A stretch of DNA of 64,000 nucleotides, from assembly GCA_963836185.1 (NCBI GenBank), contig CAWIIQ010000001.1, forward strand, positions 640,001 to 704,000, in the 5' to 3' direction. Position numbers and translations under genes: made by a program. Positions 50,470-59,907 of this stretch are shown here, one piece after another. The DNA comes from Candidatus Krumholzibacteriia bacterium (GTDB taxonomy: Bacteria > Krumholzibacteriota > Krumholzibacteriia > Krumholzibacteriales > Krumholzibacteriaceae). Each line of letters starts with the position of its first letter. Position 1 is the first letter of the stretch. The notes beneath the pieces were generated by a model. The model did not search any database and was not told where the DNA came from. It was given only the letters and a program-made list of their open reading frames with translations.

Positions 50470-51597
50470 ATGGCGATCCAGTCATCAATCGAAGAACTCG
50501 GGCTGTTTGACCTGTTTCAGGTCCTTCACATGAACGGGAAGACCGGCAGGCTGATCATTTCCGATGTAGACGGCAGCCGCGAGGCCCTTATTCTCTTCGA
50601 TAGCGGCTCGGTATGCATGGCATCGATCCATGACAGGTCGTCCAGATCCATTCTGGATCTCCTTGAGGAATGGGGAGTCGCGGATTCAGGATCGATCATC
50701 GAGATCGAGAAGGCGCTTCCAAGGCACAAGAGCCTCATCGAATGCCTCGAGGCACTTAACATCTCATCGGGGAATAATCTGGAGAACTTTTTCGCTTCCA
50801 GGATGAGGGAATCGGTATACGACATCTTCAAGTGGGAGAAGGGCGACTGCCGCTTTATCGAGGAAGACCTCGACGAGAGGCGGGAGATCATAGTCCATCT
50901 CAACACTGAGAACCTGATCCTCGAGGGCGCGAGGCGGATCGACGAATGGTCCAATATTAAAAACAAGGTGCCGTCGAGACACTCGATCTTCAGCCTCTGT
51001 CATGGTAACGAAGAAGGCCAGGCCCTCAACCTCAAGCCGAGAGAGTGGGAGATCCTGTCCCTGATCGACGGGCACAATTCCGTCAACGAGATCAACGACA
51101 AGGTCGGCGAAGAGCTCTTCACCACGAGCAAGCTTATATACGGACTTGTTGTCATGGGTGTGATCGATCTGGTCACCGATGATATCGACCCCGAGGTCGG
51201 AGCGGGCAACGAGGAACGGATCGAGGAACTGCTGCGCAAGGGCCGTAACTATTACAGCCGCCTCAATCTCGAAAAGGCGGCGGCGGAGTTCGAGAAAGGT
51301 CTGCAGATCGACCAGGACAACTTCGAGGCTCTCCGGATGCTCGGCGAGATCTATTACAAGATGGACCGTCTCAGCGAGGCTCTCGTCTACCTGCGTAAAG
51401 CGAGGGAGATGAGGCCGAATAACCAGAAGACCTTGTTCATAAAGGGATACCTGCACGCGCGCCTGGGCGAGGTCGAGCTGGCTATCGAGGAATGGGAAGA
51501 GCTACGCGAGAAGACCGGAAATCCCAAGATCATCGATCTGGTCAAGCGACGCATCAATGTGGCGAAGGAATGGGAGAAAGTGCTCCAGGAGTACTAG
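50470..51597 (+). CDS. DUF4388/PatA-N-like domain + TPR protein
   Basis: AIQSSIEELGLFDLFQVL..GKTG.L, IFKWEKG.CRF, LILEGARRIDEW; C-terminal TPRs. Confidence 0.75.
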   Translation: MAIQSSIEELGLFDLFQVLHMNGKTGRLIISDVDGSREALILFDSGSVCMASIHDRSSRSILDLLEEWGVADSGSIIEIEKALPRHKSLIECLEALNISSGNNLENFFASRMRESVYDIFKWEKGDCRFIEEDLDERREIIVHLNTENLILEGARRIDEWSNIKNKVPSRHSIFSLCHGNEEGQALNLKPREWEILSLIDGHNSVNEINDKVGEELFTTSKLIYGLVVMGVIDLVTDDIDPEVGAGNEERIEELLRKGRNYYSRLNLEKAAAEFEKGLQIDQDNFEALRMLGEIYYKMDRLSEALVYLRKAREMRPNNQKTLFIKGYLHARLGEVELAIEEWEELREKTGNPKIIDLVKRRINVAKEWEKVLQEY

Positions 51598-51685
51598 GCA
51601 ATCCTTTCCCGGTCTCATGATCAATATCCCCGACATCATCAGTACTGGATTTATATTGACTGGCGTGTGAGCTGTCTGGGGCAGT

Positions 51686-52678
51686 CTAGGCGACTACGAT
51701 CTCATCGTTGTCGTGGATAGTCGCGGAACGTGTCATCGATGTAACGGCGAGGCCGCCGACCTGTACGGCGATGGCTTCGCCGTTTGTCTCTCTTACGTCT
51801 ATGTGGACCCTCGAGAGTTTGTCAGCCTCGGGACCCTGTTCCATCACCGCGGCCTGCGAGGTGATGATGCCGTGCCTGAGCATGTAGGCCGCGATGCTCG
51901 ATCCTCCGGCTCCTGAACCCAGGTCCTCCCACATTCCCATAGCCGGTGAGAAATGACGCGAGTAGCAGACGCAGTCATCGTTGAGCGAATCGGTGGTAAA
52001 GACATCGGTCGTCTGTACACCAAGCTTGAGATTGAGCAGCTTGAGCTTGATCAGATCGGGGCGCATCGCGGCGAGAGTATCAGAACTGTGCACAGGGATG
52101 ACAAGCTGGTATACGCCGTTAAAGACTATCTCAGCCGGAAGGCCGGTCATCGCGATCTCGCTCTCGGGGATACCGAGTGTTGAAGCTATCTCCGGTATGG
52201 TGGCATTGGCCTGATCGAACCGTTCTATCGATCGGTGGATCATTATCTTTCTCAACGCTCCCGGAGTCCCGGCAGAGTTGAGAGGTGCAGAGTCCGGTCC
52301 ATCCGAATCGTAGCAGTCATCGCCCTCTTCGAAATGAAAATCGACCGGCATGACGCCTGCATTTGTCTCGAACGTTTTTGTAGTGATGCCGTCGCACAGG
52401 GTGATCAGGCCTTCTTCGACGAGAGCGAAGCATGTAGCGATCATCGCGTGGCCGCTGAAGTCGTACTCATTGCTCGGTGTGTAGAACTTGACCCTGAAGT
52501 CGGCGTCACTGAACTGGGGCCTCGTGACGTATGTCGACTCGAGTATGTTCATCTCCGCCGCCACCCGCTGCATCTCCTCGGGGGACAGCCCTTCGGCACC
52601 GGTCGCGACAAGCGCCGGATTACCGCAGAACGGGGAGGTGGAGAAGACATCTATCTGTTTCAGGACCAGCTCTTTCAT
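51686..52678 (-). CDS. PhzF-family protein, divergent paralogue B
   Basis: QIDVF..PFCGNPA, MNILES, KFYTP.NEYDFSGH, SRHFSPAMGMWEDLGSG, MEQG. Confidence 0.85.
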   Translation of the reverse strand: MKELVLKQIDVFSTSPFCGNPALVATGAEGLSPEEMQRVAAEMNILESTYVTRPQFSDADFRVKFYTPSNEYDFSGHAMIATCFALVEEGLITLCDGITTKTFETNAGVMPVDFHFEEGDDCYDSDGPDSAPLNSAGTPGALRKIMIHRSIERFDQANATIPEIASTLGIPESEIAMTGLPAEIVFNGVYQLVIPVHSSDTLAAMRPDLIKLKLLNLKLGVQTTDVFTTDSLNDDCVCYSRHFSPAMGMWEDLGSGAGGSSIAAYMLRHGIITSQAAVMEQGPEADKLSRVHIDVRETNGEAIAVQVGGLAVTSMTRSATIHDNDEIVVA

Positions 52679-52864
52679 CGATCATCACCCTTTACCCTTT
52701 CAGGCTTGCTTACATGCATAAACGAGACCATATATCAGCTTAATGCGGGGTTAAAGCCTTACAAATCCAACAGTTAAATGCGAATTATTCTTCTTAAAGT
52801 GAAGCGTCCGTTGAGGTATAATGCTGCTTGTTCGTTCATGGAACCGGCCGCGAAGGAGGAGAAA

Positions 52865-53572
52865 ATGGGAGTAAGCTGCGCTCGTCCTACGGGAGGTCCC
52901 GTGGGAGAGCCCCCCGATGAAACCGTTGATCAGGCAACAGTAGAGAAGAAGGAGGTGTCTCCCATGATATCGGTAGGAATGAAGGCCCCCGATTTTACCG
53001 CCCCCGCGTATCACAAGGGAGAGTTCACCAGTGTTCAACTTTCCGATTTTCTCGGTAAGTGGGTGATACTCTGTTTCTACCCGGGCGACTTCACATTCGT
53101 CTGAGCTACGGAACTGTCGGCGGTCGCCGACGCGTTCCCTAAATTCCAGGATCTCGGAGTCGAGGTGCTTTCGATGAGTGTCGACAGCATGTTCGTCCAC
53201 AAGATGTGGAACGATAATGAGCTGTCGAAGATGGTCGATGGCGGCGTTCCCTTTCCGATGCTCTCCGACGCGGGGGGCAAGGTCGGAAAGGTGTACGGCG
53301 TCTACGCCGAGGATGCCGGAGTCGAGAACAGGGGAAGGTTCCTGATCGACCCTGACGGCGTCATACAGGGGTACGAGGTACTGACACCTCCTGTCGGGCG
53401 AAATGTTTCCGAGACCTTCAGGCAGATCCAGGCCTTTCAGCTCGTGAGAGAGAGCAAGGGTACGGAAGCCACGCCTTCAGGCTGGAAACCGGGCAAGAAG
53501 ACTCTCAAGCCAGGCCCCGACCTTGTGGGCAATGTGTGGAAGGCATGGAAGACCGAAGAGGCCTTCGACTGA
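52865..53572 (+). CDS. prxU: selenocysteine-containing peroxiredoxin (AhpC/Prx1-type, PrxU-like); in-frame UGA at 53102-53104
   Basis: [16 protein letters not shown] places UGA at the peroxidatic Cys; ORFs 52778-53104 and 53165-53572 are in frame; AAGGAGG RBS. Confidence 0.9.
53110..53138 (+). promoter_or_regulatory. bacterial SECIS element
   Basis: GGAAC-T-GTCGGC-GGTC-GCCGAC-GC-GTTCC stem-loop; G-initiated apical loop 17 nt after the UGA. Confidence 0.8.
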
Positions 53573-53576
53573 TAAT

Positions 53577-55013
53577 ATGAAAGACTATAAAGATCATCGC
53601 ATGACCCCGGAAGAGTTCAGACTCCGGGGTCATGCTGTAATAGACTGGCTCGCGGATTACCAGGAAAGGATCGAATCCCTTCCGGTACTCTCCCGCTCAA
53701 AGCCGGGAGAGCTTCGCGCCGCTCTGCCGGAAGAGCCCCCGCAAACAGGCGAGGATTTCGAGGCGGTCATGAGGGACCTCGACGAGCTTATCCTTCCCGG
53801 GATAACGCACTGGCAGTCGCCGAACTTCTTCGCCTATTTTCCAGCAAACGCATCTGGTCCATCGATACTCGGTGAGCTGCTCTCTGCCGGCCTGGGGGTA
53901 CAGGGGATGTTGTGGGCAACCAGCCCCGCATGCACCGAGCTCGAGACGCACGTGCTAGACTGGCTTGTCGGGATGCTCGGCCTACCCGCCAGGTTCAGGT
54001 CTGACGGCCACGGTGGAGGAGTGATCCAGGACACCGCTTCGAGCGCCGTTCTCTGCGCCCTGCTCGCCGCGAGGGAAAGGGCGACAGGTTTCCTCAGTGA
54101 CTCAAAGGGGTGCGACGGCACTCTCGTCGCATACGCTTCCACGCAGACACACTCGTCAGTCGAGAAAGCAGTGAGGATCGCCGGTCTCGGCAGCGATAAT
54201 CTCAGGCTGATAGAGACAGACGAAGATTTCTCGATGCGTCCCGATCTTCTGGCATCACGGATATCGGCGGACAGAAAGGCGGGACTCGTTCCCTGTTTCG
54301 TATGCGCTACGGTCGGCACGACTTCGTCGCTCGCCGTAGATCCGGTGGCGGAGATAGGGCGGATATGCAGCGATGAAAAGATCTGGCTCCATGTAGACGC
54401 GGCGATGGCCGGAACGGCGGCGCTCTGCCCCGAGCTGCGCTGGATCAACGATGGTGTCGAGCTGGCCGACAGCTACTGCTTCAATCCGCACAAATGGATG
54501 TTCACCAACTTCGACTGCGACTGCTTCTATGTCGCCGACAGGAGCGGCCCTGATCCGGACGCTGACCGTCCTGCCGGAGTACCTTCGGAATAAAGCCGAC
54601 CGAATCGGGTGCGGTCATCGACTACCGCGACTGGCATATCCCGCTGGGGAGGCGGTTCAGGGCACTGAAGCTCTGGATGGTGATAAGGCACTACGGCGTC
54701 GAGGGCTTGCAGCACCACGTCCGGGAACATGTCGCTATCACCCGGGATCTGGCCGGCTGGATCGAGCAGTCGGTGGATTTCGATCTCGCCGTGCGGCCGC
54801 CGGCTCAACCTCGTCTGCTTCAGGCACAGGGGTGGGGACGATTTCAACATGCGGCTGATGGAAGATCTCAATACAGGCGGAAAGATATACCTGACCCACA
54901 CGAAACTCGACGGAACTGTCACGCTGCGCTTCTCGATAGGGCAGACAAATACTGAGCGGCGCCATGTGGAAGAGGCGTGGCGCCTTATCGTGGAGACGGC
55001 CGGGAGGATATAA
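53577..55013 (+). CDS. aromatic-L-amino-acid decarboxylase (PLP group II) interrupted by three +1 frameshifts
   Basis: ITHWQSPNFFAYFP, SPACTELE, HSSVEKA, HVDAA, FNPHKW; continues LPEYLRN, DYRDWHIPLGRRFRALKLW and LNLVCFR in successive frames. Confidence 0.85.
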
Positions 55014-55867
55014 TGAGAGTGAGGAAGATCAGGAAGCTCATGGCTGCTGTTCCGACAAGGGAAGGAGCCGGAGTGCACCTCAAGCGGGTATTCGGATTCT
55101 ACGAGGCTCCCGGACTCGACCCTTTCCTCCTCCTCGACGATTTTCATTCGGACGATCCGGACAGGTATATGGCTGGATTCCCGTGGCACCCTCACAGGGG
55201 TATCGAAACGATCACCTATCTCCTTCAGGGAGATGTCGAACATGGCGACAGCATGGGAAACATGGGAGTGATCGGAGAGGGGGACGTCCAGTGGATGACC
55301 GCGGGAAACGGGATCGTCCACCAGGAGATGCCGAAAGGGCGCGGCGACGGGAGACTGTGGGGATTCCAGCTCTGGGCCAACCTCCCCGCATCCCACAAGA
55401 TGATGGACCCGAGATACCGGGACGTGACGAGCGATACGATCCCCGAGGTATCTCCCGTGGAGGGAGTAAGGATCAGGATAATATGCGGTGATATCGAGGG
55501 GACGAAGGGCCCCGTTCAGGATATAGTCACCGATCCGGGATATCTCGACGTCACAGTCGATCCGGGTATGACCTGGGAGCACGGGGTAGAACCTGGTTAT
55601 ACGGTTCTCGCCTATGTCATCGAGGGGAGCGGATACTTCGACGAGGAGCGGAAGCCCTTGATCGAGCCGGAGACTCTCGTCCAGTTCGATGATGGCGACA
55701 CACTGTCGATAACGACTGAAGCTGACAGAGTACGTTTTCTACTTATATCGGGAAAGCCGATAGGTGAACCTGTCGCCTGGCGCGGCCCGATTGTGATGAA
55801 CACGGAGGATGAACTCCGCGTCGCATTCGCCGAATACCGTAACGGTAAATTCCTCAAGCATGGCTGA
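55013..55867 (+). CDS. pirin-family protein
   Basis: DPFLLLD, GFPWHPHRGIET, WMTAG.GIVHQE, FQLWANLP, GPIVMN. Confidence 0.95.
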   Translation: MRVRKIRKLMAAVPTREGAGVHLKRVFGFYEAPGLDPFLLLDDFHSDDPDRYMAGFPWHPHRGIETITYLLQGDVEHGDSMGNMGVIGEGDVQWMTAGNGIVHQEMPKGRGDGRLWGFQLWANLPASHKMMDPRYRDVTSDTIPEVSPVEGVRIRIICGDIEGTKGPVQDIVTDPGYLDVTVDPGMTWEHGVEPGYTVLAYVIEGSGYFDEERKPLIEPETLVQFDDGDTLSITTEADRVRFLLISGKPIGEPVAWRGPIVMNTEDELRVAFAEYRNGKFLKHG

Positions 55868-55908
55868 CAGGTTATTCCCGGTCACATTCGCGGGCCGTTC
55901 GTGCTACA

Positions 55909-56952
55909 ATGCCGCAAATCTTCGTTCGCTCATCTCATGACTGCTGGAGGTCGTTCCATGATGAAGCGTTTTTCATCTGGTTCCCTGCTGATACTCTTTT
56001 CAATACCAGGGCCGAGCGCTGGGGGTCCCCGAAGTTCCTTATCGGCGAGAGTTACGGCACGACAAGAGCGGCCGGGCTCTCGGGCTACCTGCAGGAGAGG
56101 CACGGGATGTTTCTCAGTGGGATAATGCTGATATCTTCGATCCTCAACTTCCAGACCGCCGACTTTCATGTCGGTAATGACCTTCCTTACGCTCTTTTCC
56201 TTCCCACATATACTGCAACGGCCTGGTATCACGGAATACTCGGCGACCGTTATCCCGACCTCAAGGCAGCGCTTACAGATGCCGAAGAGTACGCGCTCGG
56301 CGAGTACACTACGGTCCTGATGCTCGGTGACGCAGCGCCCGAGCAGCGATACGATGCCGCCGTAACGAGACTTGCCGGGTTTATCGGGCTTTCGGAGGAA
56401 TATATCCGGCAGTCCGATCTTCGCGTCAAGATATGGCGTTTCGTCAAGGAACTCCAGCGCGACCGGGAGCTGACCACGGGAAGGCTCGACACCCGTTTCA
56501 CGGGACGTGACAGTGATTCGGCAGGCGAGGGGTACGATTACGATCCGAGTTACCAGAATATATACGGAGCCTATACCGCCTGTCTCAACGACTACGTGAG
56601 GCGCGAGCTGGGGTTCGAGAGCGATCTCGCTTACGAGATCCTCACAGGGAAGGTCCGGCCGTGGAACTACGGCAGGTACAGGAACCGCTACGTCAATGTC
56701 GCCGAGACACTCAGGTCGGCGATGACGAAGAATCCCGCGCTCAAGGTCTACGTGGCGAGCGGATATTACGACCTCGCGACGCCGTACTTCGCGACAGACT
56801 ATACCTTCGGCCACCTCGGCCTTGCCGACGAGCTCAAGGGCAACGTCACGATCAGTTACTACGAGGCTGGTCACATGATGTATATCCACAAGGAGTCTCT
56901 CGTCCGGCTGACAGGCGAGCTCTCGAAGTTTGTCACGGGAGCGTCGAATTGA
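55909..56952 (+). pseudogene. S10 serine carboxypeptidase, N-terminally truncated
   Basis: SPKFLIGESYG, GRLDTRF, GYYDLATP, EAGHMMY present; no signal peptide or NGGPG region, no clear RBS. Confidence 0.65.
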
Positions 56953-58118
56953 AGATACGGCCGCTGTTGACAGCCGCCGCCCTGCTCATCATGGCGGTAC
57001 CTGCCCGGGCATCGTTCGGGTCATTCATATCGAGTCTCGAGAAGGCGCCGGAATCCCGGCGTGCGGCTCTCGTAGAGAAATATCTCCAGTCGGTGGAAGT
57101 GCCTGTCATCGAGGGGAGCACCGCCTGGTTCGTCTACCGCGACACGGCGGCATCGAGCGTCTCCGTCGCCGGTGACTTCAATTCGTGGAAGGCCGGCAGT
57201 GACATAATGGAAAAGGTGCCCGGCACGGACCTTTTTTATATGCGCAGGGAGTTCGAATTCAACGCCCGGTTCGACTACAAGTTCGTCGTGAACGGGTCGA
57301 GGTGGATACTCGATCCGCTCAACCCCGACCAGGTCACGGGCGGTTTCGGGCCGAACTCAGAGCTGGCCATGCCGGAATACATCCAGCCCGACGAGATCAT
57401 ATTCAATCCCGGCATCCCGCATGGAGAGGTGATCGAGGAGACGTTCACATCGAAGATCCTCGGCAACACACGGAAGATCTTTTTCTATACTCCTCCCGGC
57501 TACGGTGAAGGTGATACCTGGTATTATCCTGTCCTCTTCGTACATGATGGAGGGGAGTACATAAGCCTCGCCGGCATGGTCAACGTCGCGGACAACCTCA
57601 TCGCCTCGGGCGAGATAGAGCCCCTGGTCATAGTCTTCATCGATCCGGTCGACCGCACTGGCGAATATAAGACTGGTGAAGGCTTCATGCGGATGATAGT
57701 CGAGGAGATCGTGCCTCTCGCTGACGCACGTTTCACTATCGACCCGAGGCCAGCAGCGAGGGGGATGATGGGAGCCTCGCTCGGCGGGCTTATCTCCGTC
57801 CACATGACGTGGAATAATCCCGGTCTCTTCGGCTTCTGCGCGAGCCAGTCGGGCGCCTTCATGGCGGATTATACCAATGCGGTAAAGATGGTCGAAGCGG
57901 GCCCGCCCCGTGAGATAAGATTTTATCTCGACTGGGGCACTTATGAACCATCGATCGCCTTTTCCAATGAGGAGATGCGAGAGGCGATCCTTAGCGGCGG
58001 TCACCACCTGGAATGTAAAGTCTATCCCGAGGGGCACAGCTGGGGCAGCTGGCGCGCCCACCTTGACGATATACTGAGGGCCTTCACTGGAAGGAACAGA
58101 GATGCCGATAGAAAATGA
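56949..58118 (+). CDS. secreted Fes-like esterase with N-terminal CBM48/E-set domain
   Basis: TTG start overlapping upstream stop, signal peptide; VAGDFNSW, YKFVVNG.W.LDPLN, YTPPGY, GASLGG, EGHSW. Confidence 0.82.
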   Translation: MKIRPLLTAAALLIMAVPARASFGSFISSLEKAPESRRAALVEKYLQSVEVPVIEGSTAWFVYRDTAASSVSVAGDFNSWKAGSDIMEKVPGTDLFYMRREFEFNARFDYKFVVNGSRWILDPLNPDQVTGGFGPNSELAMPEYIQPDEIIFNPGIPHGEVIEETFTSKILGNTRKIFFYTPPGYGEGDTWYYPVLFVHDGGEYISLAGMVNVADNLIASGEIEPLVIVFIDPVDRTGEYKTGEGFMRMIVEEIVPLADARFTIDPRPAARGMMGASLGGLISVHMTWNNPGLFGFCASQSGAFMADYTNAVKMVEAGPPREIRFYLDWGTYEPSIAFSNEEMREAILSGGHHLECKVYPEGHSWGSWRAHLDDILRAFTGRNRDADRK

Positions 58119-59577
58119 CGGTAAAGAACGGAGCTACAATTCACGTGATGTGGACAGGAGGGACTTCCTCAAGTTTTCCGGGGCGATTGCCGCCGTGTTC
58201 GGCGGCGCCGGCCTGGGGATGTTCGGCTACGCTGCAGGGAAGGACCCGGCGACCTATACCGGTACCGAGTCGTTCCAGGGAGCCGCGCAGACATTCAACC
58301 GTGAGAAGCACGCCGTAACGGGAGAGGTCCACAACAGGGTCGGTCCCACGAGCAGAGTGGATGCGAGAACAGGTGTGATATTCGCGAGGGTCCCGAAGCT
58401 GATGAGGACATGGAACGATGAAACGGGGCTGGAGGGACTCGATCCTGTTATCAGGGACTATTATGAGGAGAACCCCCGGGACCTCGAAGAAGATCTGAGG
58501 CTGCGAAAAGAGATCTATCCCGCCAGGCGGAAGGATAACAGTGAGTACGGTGACAGGTTCATACTTGCCGAGGCCTGGTCCCACGCGATGAGCGAAGTCT
58601 GGCCTGAGGGTATCAGCGAGCCGCCGGATGTCTCCGACTTTCCAAAGGGCGAGGGATTCGGCTACCCCGACGAACCGTACAGGATGAAATCGCCCGCCAT
58701 GACATCGAAGCTCCTCAGGCAGATGTCCTACCAGTTCGGATCCGTTCTTACGGGGATCACCGAGCTCAATCCCGACTGGGTCTACAAGTATCCGATGAGG
58801 GGGCGTGGGTTCGAGGAGGACAAGCCCCTCGAGGTCCCGAAACACTGGAAGTACGCGATCGTCGTCGGCACGCCGATGTCGTGGGATCCGTTCTACGCCA
58901 ACCCGAACTATGGAGCGTCGCACGACGCCTATTCTAAATCGAGGATCGTGGCCTACCGGCTGGCCGCCTTCATCAGGCTGCTCGGCTATCCGGCACGGCC
59001 CCATACCCCTGGAATGGATTACGACCTGATGGTACCGCCCATCGCGATCGATGCCGGTCTGGGCGAGCAGGGGCGCCACGGGGTCCTCATCACGCCGGAG
59101 CTCGGTTCTAACTTCAGGCCGGCAGTCGTCACGACGAATATTCCGATGGAAACGGACAGGCCGATTCGATTCGGCGTAAAAGATTTCTGCAAGACATGCA
59201 AGATCTGCGCTGAGCAGTGTCCGAGCGGTGCGATCTCGTTTGATACCGAAGTCGAGGTCCGCGGCTACAGGCGCTGGAAGGTCGACAGATCGAAGTGCCA
59301 TAACTTCTGGTACTCGAATCTCGGAAATATCGGCTGCAGGATATGCGTGGCAGTTTGTCCCTACTCGAGAAAATCGAACTGGCTCCACAGGACCGCGCTC
59401 AAGGTTTCCTCGAACGATCCGACCGGGCTGTCTCATCAGGCGCTGACGGCGATGCAGAAGGTCCTCTTTCCCGGACACGACGCGAAGGAATATTATATGC
59501 CCTCGATGGGTGGTTACAACGCATCGTACAGGGATGCGCCCTGGTGGCTGAAAGCCGAAGATTTTATCGACCTCTAA
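58102..59577 (+). CDS. rdhA: reductive dehalogenase catalytic subunit (Tat-exported, corrinoid/2x Fe-S)
   Basis: Tat DRRDFLK; AIDAGLGEQGRHG.LITPELG; FCKTCKICAEQCP and C...GCRICVAVCP. Confidence 0.82.
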   Translation: MPIENDGKERSYNSRDVDRRDFLKFSGAIAAVFGGAGLGMFGYAAGKDPATYTGTESFQGAAQTFNREKHAVTGEVHNRVGPTSRVDARTGVIFARVPKLMRTWNDETGLEGLDPVIRDYYEENPRDLEEDLRLRKEIYPARRKDNSEYGDRFILAEAWSHAMSEVWPEGISEPPDVSDFPKGEGFGYPDEPYRMKSPAMTSKLLRQMSYQFGSVLTGITELNPDWVYKYPMRGRGFEEDKPLEVPKHWKYAIVVGTPMSWDPFYANPNYGASHDAYSKSRIVAYRLAAFIRLLGYPARPHTPGMDYDLMVPPIAIDAGLGEQGRHGVLITPELGSNFRPAVVTTNIPMETDRPIRFGVKDFCKTCKICAEQCPSGAISFDTEVEVRGYRRWKVDRSKCHNFWYSNLGNIGCRICVAVCPYSRKSNWLHRTALKVSSNDPTGLSHQALTAMQKVLFPGHDAKEYYMPSMGGYNASYRDAPWWLKAEDFIDL

Positions 59578-59592
59578 AGGGAGATCTGTGAT

Positions 59593-59907
59593 ATGGGATT
59601 TTTTACCAGCGGTCTTTTCTGGTTTATCGAGGGAATTCTTTTCATCGTTCTGTTAATTGCTCTGCGCTCATGGCTGAAGACAAAAGGCGCGGCGATGAAA
59701 TGGTGGAAGTGGCTTCTCCTCGTTATCTGGATATTCTTCGCCGGGTTCACCGCCGCCTTCATCGGAACGAACATCGGAGAGGGCGAGTATACTGCGGCAC
59801 TGCGCGGAGGGGGCGTCTCGGCGATCCTGGTGCTGGTATACGCGCTCGTACTTCTGCGGGTACTGGGGATCACGGGAAAGAAAAACAGGGCTCCCGGATC
59901 TTTATGA
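59593..59907 (+). CDS. rdhB: reductive dehalogenase membrane anchor
   Basis: 104 aa, three hydrophobic segments, KWWKW, GEGEY.AA; directly after rdhA. Confidence 0.75.
   Translation: MGFFTSGLFWFIEGILFIVLLIALRSWLKTKGAAMKWWKWLLLVIWIFFAGFTAAFIGTNIGEGEYTAALRGGGVSAILVLVYALVLLRVLGITGKKNRAPGSL

Noticed and set aside
52778-53572. Two separate ORFs or a nonsense pseudogene of a peroxiredoxin
   Set aside because: Same frame, UGA at the catalytic residue, SECIS-like hairpin follows
58102-59577. Epoxyqueuosine reductase QueG
   Set aside because: Tat signal and adjacent membrane anchor indicate export; QueG is cytoplasmic
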